A stretch of 64,000 nucleotides of DNA, from positions 8,133 to 72,132 of the forward strand of contig NMRA01001003.1 of the NCBI GenBank assembly GCA_002633005.1, in the 5' to 3' direction. Shown here piece after piece: positions 11,101 through 20,680 of this stretch. The notes under the pieces are model-generated. The model was given only the letters and a program-made list of their open reading frames with translations, was not told the origin of the DNA and did no database searches. Made by a program: the position numbers and the translations under genes. Positions within the stretch are counted from its first letter, which is position 1. Every line of letters starts with the position of its first letter. The stretch comes from Phoronis australis. Taxonomy: Eukaryota > Animalia > Phoronida.

Positions 11101-14100
11101 GTCTTCTTTGTGAGTGACTTCAACAAAACAACATGACTGAGAACATTTCAAGCGACATTTGTCAATTTGAATTCTTGAATACATGTTGTGTTTTCCACCT
11201 TTTTCAGCAGTGTTGATTGAGGCTCAAAACACGCCATTCGTACTGTCTCCATCCATCATGGCTGATCTTATCAAGAATCTCTACTCACTCAACCCAGGTA
11301 AAGTGAAATACCCTGACTCTTGAAGCATTAAAAACAGTTGTCACACGGTTGGCGTATTCTTTTCTTGTTGCTTAGAAAATTAGCTAAAAGTAATAAAATC
11401 ATCTACTATTAGTTCTGAAAAGGCATGTAGTTGCTTCTGGTATTTTGGTAGTTATGAAAATTGTGATGTGTGCTATTTTTTGTTAACCAACTCAAAAAAA
11501 CTACCCGAGGTGAACAGTTTCAGTGTTGTAGCTACACAATTATTTGTGGCTGTATCTAGGGACACCAATGTGTCTGATTGTGGTTGTATCTAGGGGCACT
11601 CATGTGTGTGTTTGTGGCTTTGTCTAGGGGAGCACTCATGTATTTGAGACAATGTATAACTTACAGACACTGATCCCTTACTGGACAATTCATGGTGTTG
11701 AAAATCTTGCAGCTTTTCAAAACAAATTCAAGACCTTTCAGAAATTGATGTCAGTCGCCGTTTTTCTCCTTATGTAGTGAGCACAGGTTTCAAGGTCGTC
11801 TCATGTCATTAGTATTTCTAGTCAACCAGTTGCAAAACTTAAATTAGTATTTCAGTCTCTGGATATGAGTGACTTGAATGTTCATTATCTGGTTCTGAGG
11901 CCAGGATTTCGCCAGGGGTGGTTCGAATTTCTGAGATAGTGAACTTTTGATATTTTGCAAAACTTGAGGTCGACTCTGTACCTTGTCGTGAGCACCCTTG
12001 TGCAGCACAACAGTGAGTGATGCAATAATTTTTCAATACATTATTGTCAAGAAATTCTGTAGTTACAGAAAACGCCACAAAAGAGACAACATTTTGTGCG
12101 TGCTTTCAGGCCCACTTTAAGTACTTCAGGCATTGACACAACGGGTTAATACGCTTCCAAATTTTATCTTCCTGGGACCTATCTTCCCAAAACGTTGCCA
12201 TTACCAACCACTATGTAGTTGTGAATATGCATCGGCGCCAGTGTAACAGTCTGTCTCCACTCATACTTGCTCACAGGAACCTGTAAGCATCGTCTACGAC
12301 ACACATCAATATGGGGATTTTCCACACATTTGAGATGTTTGTTTCTGTGTACTTCATTCAGTTGTTGTGCTCATAAAAAAGTAAACATTAGATTTTACTT
12401 TGTCGGCAAGGTGTTTTTCATTGCCTGTATCGAGGGCTAATAGAGTATCTCTGGATTTAGGCAGTGTCCGTTGCAATGTGCTTAATGGCTAAAAGCGACC
12501 ATTTGCATAGGATTGCTTGGGTGCCATGGTTGTCACCACTCATATTTGCTGTGCCATCACTTCCTTTCCCTCTGCAGTAGGCAATGTCTGTTCTGAGCCT
12601 CTTCAAGGTGCCCATAATGCATTCAGTTATGTGATTACCTGTTATCTGCGCAAGATTGACAAAAATACACTTGCAGCAACTCCTCTCAAATGTTGTCGGC
12701 ATCTACTCATATGGGCAAGGGGCATGAGTTCTTCATTTTTGGATGTAACCACGTTTGCAAAAAGGAAATAACGTTTTTGCATCTTTTATTTCTTTTACAA
12801 TCTTGACTTGTATGGTGTGTTCTCCAATGGTCTTGGTAATTTCATTTTGTATTTAAGGCAAATTATTCATGATGTTCTTTGTTGACGGATGCTGAAAATA
12901 TTTCATCATAGGTGCAACCAATAGGGAAAGAAAATTTCCTGGTTTGTCATTATCTTCTACTAAACTTTCAGAATCGAGTAAATGCAATACACTGGCGTCT
13001 GCAAAATAAGAATTGTTTTTTATTAGCTATCGCCTTGAGATTGTGCCTATTTTCCTTTATCTGTGCTTCAGTTCCTTTCTGCGGATATCTGGCATTGAAC
13101 ATCTCATTCTTGAAGTCTGCCACTCGTATGGAGTCTGCGAGGTCGTGTACCAATTACACTGATTTACTGTCATGGCAAGCCCTTTTCGTTGACCACAGAT
13201 TTGTTGATAGACCTGGGCCTACCTGTTACACTGAATGCTGTGAACTGATAGCCGTGTCCATGTCGGAGTATTCTGCGAGTAAACATGACTAAACCTCTGG
13301 TTTTTTTGAGCAAGTTGCGTACGCTGAATTTCAAGGAACGGAAACGCATTACATGTACAGCGGAAATGCTGGGGCTGTACATTTCCAGCGGCGGGTTTCG
13401 TTTAAACCTCTCCTGGTTATGGGCCTGTTAGCAATGCAAAGAATGTGTGTAAATTATCTCAAAAAGGTCTGATAGGGTAGACTTCAGAAAGGCAAACTTG
13501 AACCTCAATACTTAACCCAGTGGTTTTGAATAAATTCTGTGCAATGGATTTTGTGGCCATGTTCTGCTTGGCATTCTATGGCTGATGTCAATTGATCAGA
13601 CCTTATTAGTAGCACATGACAAGTGAGACGCTTCATTGTAAGGCCATGAAAACAAAAGAACTCAAGACAGTTGCTTTTTACACGTTTTACTAACAATGCA
13701 TGAATCATGGATATCCTGTTAACCAGTTTCACTAAATAGTTTGTCCCGTTAAAATAACCCATTTTTGGGTCACATTGTAGATATTTGCAAGCTCAACATT
13801 CAACTGTTTGCCAAGTACATACCAGGCATCCTTCCTGCCACTAGTGAAGCTCAGCTGGAGCAATATATTGCCGAGACCAGACAGATGCAGCAGGAACTTA
13901 TTAACAACTTCGAGTTCAAGAGGTACGTATGGGCAGTGGATAGGAAATAGAGGGGTTGGGGGGTGGGGGGGAGGCGANCCAGGGTCTTATCAATAGGACA
14001 CCTTTTAGTATTGATGGGTCTGCGGAGCTCAGACCAAGTAATGGTATGAAATTGAGAGGTTCTAGTGAAGCTCCCCTCACCATTCAGTGCTTGCACAAAG

Positions 14101-17100
14101 AAAAAAACTGTAGTCAGTTGACCTGCGAGTCAACAGAGTATCCAAGGGGGGGGGGGGCATTTTTGTTACTTTCTAGTCAAATTAGGAGTGGAGATGCCCA
14201 AAATCATGTTAGTTAAAAAGAATGTGATTTAGCTAGAGTTTCTTTAAGTGGAGGAATGGCTGAAATGACTACAAACCAGGTGCTTCAGTATGCCTGAGAA
14301 CATTTGAGATATGCCGAGCATTTCATTGAGAGATATAATCCAAGTTAATGTGTGAAATGTATCATGATGGAACCTAAACATTCACTTGTAGCTTTTATTC
14401 AAAGATAATTTTTTGACTTCTTACAAGTCAGGCACAATTTAACATTTCTCTTGGAAATTGAATGGAATTATTATTGCAGACGCAGTCATGTTTGTGGTGA
14501 ACTGTTCTGTCTCCTGTGTCTTCATTCACCTTTAGTTTGTTCTTCTCTTATGTTGTGTTCATACATCTTCAACACATCTTGTCTTTTTACAGGGGATATA
14601 ACTGTAAAAAACGCCCAACAGATGAAGATGTTGCTAGTAAGTAATTAAATCTGATCCGATTTTGTCTCCTTTTCATGCGTCCACATATTTATATGTGGGT
14701 GCAAATTTACGCCACATATTTATATGTGGGTGCATATTGCAGTTATCTCTGTCTTGGCATCCAGTTGTCCGTCGTCCGTGACTATGTCTCCTAAGCCCCT
14801 TGCGGGATTGTAATGAGATTTGACACATGTATTTCTATGAAGCTGACGACAGACGACAGCGAGTTTTGGATGGATTTGGCTACCACTCTGCCCCGTAGTG
14901 GCAATTTAATTTTTTTACGTTGGCCTCTGTATCTTTCGAGTTCCTTGATTGATTTGCGTGAAATGTAGCAAATAGGTTTCTATTTAAGAGGCGATGATGC
15001 CTTCCCATTTTTGGATGGATTTGATTTAGTCTGGCCACCTGGTGGCAATTTTTAAAATTCGAGTACGTTTTTGACATCCGTCTTCTTATCCTCCAAACTA
15101 CCCAAAGGATTATCATGAAAATTGGCAGATGATGAGAAGATGGCGGCTGACACTGATTTTCGGACAGGTTTGAGTGCCATGGCGACCCCTAGTTGCAATT
15201 TTGGTTTTCTACTTTCACAGCTGGAAGTCTTTGGGAAATGTGGCAGATATGTTCCTTTGGAGATGATAGCAAATGACGACAAGCTTCACACCAATCCAGC
15301 GGCGGTGTGAAGCAAGTGGCAGTTTTAGTTGTTTTTACATTTGCCTCTGAATCTTCCGAGTTCCTTGATGGATTTTCATGCAATTTAGCATATAGGTTTC
15401 TGTTAAACAGATAACAACGCCTTCTTATTTTCAGACAGATTTGACGCATTCTCACCACCACCTGGTGGGAATTTTAAAAAATATTAAGTACATTTTTTAC
15501 GTCCGCTCTCCTGTCCGCCCAAGCGTTCACAGTATCATTGAAAATTGACGGATGTTTTTCTGATGAGAAACTGCAGCTTACACTGATTTTAGATGTGTTT
15601 GACTATTGTGGCGACCGCTTGTGGCAGTTTGTTTGTTTTTTGCATCCACGACTGTATCTCCTTAACTTTTTGGAGAATCTTTGTGAAATGTGGCAGATAT
15701 GTGTACGGAGATGATAATAGATGACAAGTTTCAGACTACAAGTATGCCACCTATTGGCAGTTTTTTAATGTTTGCCTCTGCATCTGTGGAATTCATTGAT
15801 AGATTTTTCTGAAATTTGGCAAATAGAATTCTATTAAGGCAGCAACTATGCCTTCCCATTTTTGGACACATTCAATGTATTTTGCACCACTTATTGGCTA
15901 TTTTTATGATTTTGAGTTTGTTTTTTAGCGTTTGCCTGTTTATCTGCCAAACTGATTTTAAAGGAGTATTATGAATCGTAGCAGCTGTGTTCCTGATGAG
16001 AAGACCATGGCTGACATTGATTTTTGGACGGATATGATACCTGTAGCGTTCCCTTGTGGTAATTTTGTTGTTTTTGGGACTATGGTTGCAGCTCCTGATT
16101 CCTTTGCATGATGTTTGTGAACTTTTGCAGGTGTTTACCTATAGATGTGACAGTGGCTGCCCATGACTATGGACAGCTCTGACAACCGCTATGCCCTCCA
16201 GTAGAAATTGTATTTTTTACCTTTACCTCTATCACTTCTGAGTTTTTGATGTTTTTTCATGAAATTTGGAAACAATTTGCGATGGATTTGACATATTTTG
16301 CGCCACCTAAAGACCATGTCAGTTATTTTGTAGTCTGTTTTTTGTAGTCTGTTTTTTGATGTTTGCTTCTATATTGGCCTAACCGCTCACAGAGGACCAT
16401 TATGAAAATTGGCTGATGTGTTCCTACTGACATGAACACGACTGGCGTGGATTTTGAGATGGGTCCTGCGTAACTGTGGTGCTCCCTACTGACATTATTT
16501 TTGCATTTGCGGCTGTATCTACCAAACCCCTTGCAAGATCACAATTTTTCAAGTCTATTCCGACCTATTAACTTGACATTGGATGGATAGATTCGACTAC
16601 TGCTGTGCCTTCTTATGGCAATTTGTTTTTTTTTTACATCTGCCTCTGTATATTTGGAGTTCCTTGGTGGATTTTTAGGAAATTTGACAAACAATTTTGT
16701 AATAGAGAGACGACGGGGTTTGTCCTATTCTGCGCCATCTAATGGCCTTTTGTATGGTATTAAAAACACCATTAGAAGCACACAGTTTGCATTGCTAACA
16801 TGGGTGCATTTCAATGCTCTGTGTTGCGCTTGTTGTTTCATACATTGATTTAGTCATGTTGTTCAAGAAATACAGATGAAGGTAACACGAAAAAATTGCT
16901 GGAATTTTTTTGTTTGTCTTTAAACCACAAGCAACACAAAAAATTGTTTCTTATGTGTATGTACCTACCTTCTGTCAAAAAAAGTTTTGATGTAAACCAC
17001 TTGTCATCTTAAAACTTGTCTCAACTATTGGGAGACCTGCTTTATACTGTAAGTGATTCAGTTTAAAGTTTTGTTGTGGTCTAAATCAATAGTTTGCTTT

Positions 17101-17807
17101 TTGGATGGAGTGCAGGTTGTTTATAGCTGTCAAATTCAAACATCTTCAATGTTTATGTTTAAACACTAATGGCAGTTTCTGACATAATGCTATAATCAGA
17201 CCCAGCTTCATCTGATTAGCTGACATGTTACATAATCTATCAATACTCCAAACTAGTTGCATCAGGAGAAGGTGCATACCGTGCAAGATGTGAGCAATCG
17301 ACACAATTGCTCTGACTTTGGTTGTGCTTCATAAAACTACAGAAATTGGTAATAGCATGCATTGTATGACTCACCTGCTTTTCAAAATGTCAGTCATTCC
17401 TGAGTTGGTTAACAAGGAAACAACAATATGGCAATTTCTGGGTGTCACCATTGTAACTCAAAATTGATTCAGGTTTGCCTGAATTGCAATGATGATTAAC
17501 ATATTAATAATTACAACATGACACAGTGACTAATACATTTGCATGTAAAGAAGCAAGACAAGTGCTTGACATGTGTTGCATTGTGGGTGAATACCTTAAA
17601 AAGAGTAGTGTTGTGTTATTTAAGGACATGCCTATTTAGGCTCAATCTATCATGTAGTCTAGGCTGTTAACTGATTATGGGCAGCTGTTGTTCATGGCAA
17701 CCTCAAGAGTGAAATGCAGTCATTGGTGTTGTTCATGCTTAAATGTTAAGTGTAAAATATATTTTTTTTATTTTACAGGGGGTACTCCTGTTAGTTCCGT
17801 ACCTTAG
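5124..17807 (+). CDS. CACUL1: CDK2-associated and cullin domain-containing protein 1 (~281 aa, 9 coding exons)
   Basis: Exons 5124-5223 (MAEPMDDS...RPGGM), 8247-8373 ([39 protein letters not shown]), 8934-9042 ([19 protein letters not shown]), 9782-9883 (YVEQF...IVPIFNYM), 10161-10263 (NRFYIESKL...VEKH), 11208-11297 (LIEAQNTPF...LYSLNP), 13781-13922 ([11 protein letters not shown]), 14593-14636 ([14 protein letters not shown]) and 17779-17807 (GTPVSSVP*). All GT-AG, phases add to 846 nt, and the core matches vertebrate CACUL1 as I recall it. The first and last exons are less certain. Confidence 0.92.
5285..5951. repeat. Large foldback inverted repeat (MITE/foldback element) in CACUL1 intron 1
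   Basis: Arms 5285-5569 and 5690-5951 are reverse complements, e.g. TGCTCCAGCGAGTTCGCAACAAATTC / GAATTTGTTGCGAACTCGCTGGAGCA and GGGTTCAACAAACCATGAGCAATT / AATTGCTCATGGTTTGTTGAACCC. The spacer holds nested hairpins. Confidence 0.9.
7680..7770 (-). mobile_element. Degenerate tRNA-derived SINE head
   Basis: Minus strand reads TGGCCAAACGATCAGGACACTTGACTCTCACACTGAAGATCCTGGTTTTAAGTCTCGG, an A-box/B-box-like arrangement. Confidence 0.35.
11521..11672. mobile_element. Small hAT-like MITE with three internal ~35-bp repeats
   Basis: Ends CAGTGTTGTAGCTACACA / TGTATAACTTACAGACACTG are imperfect TIRs; internal TGTGGYTKTRTCTAGGGG x3; no TSD seen. Confidence 0.45.
11700..13740 (-). pseudogene. Decayed hAT-superfamily (ZMYM1/P52rIPK-like) transposase in CACUL1 intron 6
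   Basis: Fragments [24 protein letters not shown] (like LFCGRQGIALRG) and [38 protein letters not shown] (like CRGQGYDGASNMSG..GVQA) lie in different frames with stops. Boundaries are approximate. Confidence 0.8.
14671..16834 (+). mobile_element. Helentron/DINE-1-like non-autonomous element with an internal ~145-bp tandem array
   Basis: 5' hairpin CCACATATTTATATGTGG (duplicated at 14681 and 14712), GTCCGTC microsatellite, ~14 diverged internal monomers, and a 3' end GGGTGCATTTCAATGCTCTGTGTTGCGCTTGTT shared with the other copies. Confidence 0.75.
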
Positions 17808-18679
17808 ACAACAGGTAGCACTACCTTAAGTAAATAACATGCCAGTAAGCTGCTTGCAGCATTTTGGTTGAAGCTGTTCATTTTTAGAAAACTTCTTGTG
17901 GAGTAAGATCGTGGCATTAGGGTATTTGAACTGAATGCATGTTGTTTTGACCTCTTAGGGATTGAGGTATAGTATGACTTTAATTGTTTGTCGCATGTTC
18001 CTAGAATTGTTGAACTTTTGACCTACTTGTAAATAAAATGTTCTTACTCTGGATCCTGGTCGATTCAGTGTTACAAAGGGTTGGAAAACATAAAACTATG
18101 CTGCCAGGTGCAGATAACAGTCATTGTAAGTAGGCTTGGTCTTGTTCAGTGGGCATCAATAAATTATGTTGAGGTTTGTTGATTCCTGTACCAACACAAA
18201 TTGGTTTAAAGCTGCAATGACAATGATCCAGTTGTATTGCCATATTCAGCAGAGTGCCATCTATAGGAGAGCACTTTTGTATCATCACAAAATCTTCTCT
18301 GTACCCATATAATTAGAAAACTTGTTTGAAAACTGATTCATCTTTTGAGTTCCCTGTGTAAACATCATGGATTATAAATTAGTATTTGTTTAATCAGGTT
18401 TGTCAAGTCTATAAAATGTCTTTTCAATGGTGAAGGATAGTATATGTTACCAAATTGAAAGAAAGTTGAACTAGTGACAGCAGTAATGTTCATGTTGGTG
18501 GTCTGGTGCTATAAGTATATTTTATTGCAAAAAGTATCAAATAAACTGACAGAAGTGATGTGGACATTATTCATCAGGGGACAATCGATTTATATCATCT
18601 TGTCACTTCTACTTTGCTGATTGAAAAGTGCATAATAACATGTTATTTTGGTATTAGGTTTTGATAACAATTAAATTAG

Positions 18680-18970
18680 GTGATTGTTAGCTCACTTCTG
18701 TGTATTGCTACCTAATGCATCTCTCAGTACTGTCATATATTGTTTGCTAACAAAGCTCTCAGTACTTTATGTAATGTTAGCTAACACATCTCACAGTACT
18801 GCATGCATTCGTAGCTAACAATGTTAGCTAACACAGCTTTCAGTACTGTATATGTTGTTAGCTATCACAGCTTTCAGTGCTGTATGTATCCTTTGCGAAC
18901 ACAGCTGTCAGTACTTTATGCATTGTTAGTTGACACAGTTTTGTTCTGTGTTCATTGTTAGCTAACACAA
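18680..18970 (+). repeat. ~39-bp diverged tandem repeat in the presumptive CACUL1 3' UTR
   Basis: TGTTAGCTAACACAGCTTTCAGTACTGTATG-like unit repeated about 7 times; AATAAA at ~19053. Confidence 0.7.
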
Positions 18971-19671
18971 GTCACTGTTGATAATGTTTCGTCTGTGTTT
19001 GCATACCTTTAAATTACGGATGTGTTGACGATTTTTTGTATGCAGAGGTAAAAATAAAGTTGATAATGTTCACTTTCAATTGGGCCATGTGATGTTTTAA
19101 TTGTAGGATTTTTATGGTATAGAATCAAGAAACTAACCATTCAATATTTCATCAACCACTCACAAGAATAATGTGAAATGTACATAATTTTCATTTCTCA
19201 CATGACCTGGAATGTGCTACGACTGGTTAATAACACCCGAGTACCTAATTCTTTTGATATTACATGGGTGAATCACAAAGTAGTGCAAAGTAGAAATCCA
19301 TACGCCTTACATTTTATCGTCTGCAAAACAACCAAACGCGCGCCAACCAAACGATGAAATTCCGAGGTGGCAAGGTTATGATTGACAAATCGGTGTTGCA
19401 ACTGTACGTACTTCCGGTCGGAAGGACATGCAAACAACTTTTTAGACGGACCCATCTTCGACGGCGAATTCCATAGTCCACGTTCATTCAAACATCAGGC
19501 AAGCCTCGGGATTTTGACGAAATTTCCCTAGAGGTTTTGCTCATGGCCCTGTCATGAATCTGAGACTCGTGTAGGATTCTCTATTTCTGTTTCATCGTAA
19601 CTCATTTCCGTAGGTGGACTATCTGAGTGAATCAATATCGGTTTTAGTTGCCTGGGTGTTTCATGGGCGGC

Positions 19672-19840
19672 CCACCATAGGGGGCTGGGGGGGGGGCTAT
19701 AGCCCCTCCACTNGGGGGGGGGGGGCTATAGCCCCTCCACTTTTTTCAGTGCTACGCCGCACATGGTCTATAGGGGGTGCACCCCAGGGGGGCTAAGGGG
19801 GCTTTAGACCCCCACTTTTTTCAGTGCTGCGCCACCCATG
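19672..19840. mobile_element. G-rich hAT-like MITE terminus/mini-element
   Basis: CATGGGCGGC...GCCACCCATG termini; repeated GGGGCTATAGCCCC palindromes and CCACTTTTTTCAGTGCT.CGCC. Confidence 0.55.
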
Positions 19841-19859
19841 TGCTTGTAGCCTTGATACA

Positions 19860-20215
19860 CAGCTGTATACTAAATATATTTTGACGACAAAAACCAAGAT
19901 GATGCCAATGATACTATCCCGTTTGAAGTCGAATATTTTTGTCTATGAAACCAGAGTTATGTTGACGTCAGTTACGAACATTCGGAATTTTGTTTGAAGA
20001 AAGCGAAAAGTTCAAGACAGAAACATTCCTTCCTGTTCTGTACTCTGATATAAATCCCCTGACCAAACCCGTAGAAATCTACTCATTGATCATAATTTGT
20101 TCTAGAGAGCTGTGCAGGATGTGTGAACACCTTGAATGTATATCACTGAAGATCTTGCTCCCGGTGACCAGTGTTTAATCACGAATGCGAGCAGCTCAAG
20201 CACTACACAGGCTAC
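19860..20215 (+). pseudogene. Possible decayed hAT transposase C-terminal fragment
   Basis: EKFKTETFLPVL...ISLKILLPVTSV followed by out-of-frame ECE, resembling the hAT dimerisation motif (L..LPVTSA..ERSFS). Confidence 0.4.
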
Positions 20216-20455
20216 GTCACAAGTGATTGCCTTTGCACAGTACATGAAAAATAGTTTCGGCCAACTTAAAAACTAGTGTAAATTAACTTTCTAAATGTCA
20301 AAATTCCACTTCGAGTTTTTTTCGTGGATGATAGTGACAAACTGTATAGTATAGGAAAAAGATCATTTGAAGTTCAAATCTGAAACTTGTGAAACAGCTT
20401 CGTACATGTAGATCGACTGGGAAACAGTGCTTAAGGTTAAGTAAGTTGTTATTGG

Positions 20456-20680
20456 CATACGCGCATCCGTGGGGCGGCGAAGTGGGTGAAAAAGTACGCC
20501 TCAGAGAAACAGAAACTTTGGAAAAAGAAGAAAACGAGACAAAAGTCCACTAAAAGAAAGGAAATACCAAAACTCGGCGAATGCACAATTCGTAGGTCTG
20601 AACGTGCCCGTGAATCTTATTAAATGGTTCACCATCTCAAAAATTCGAGCCCCCATTTTCTTAGGTTGGGTGCGCGCATG
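20456..20680 (+). mobile_element. ~230-bp hAT-like MITE, copy 1
   Basis: TIRs CATACGCGCATCC / GGGTGCGCGCATG; colinear with 31320-31551 (CGCCTCAGAGAAAC, AAGTCCACTAAAA, ATGCACAATTC, TCTCAAAAATTCGAGCCCC). Confidence 0.75.
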
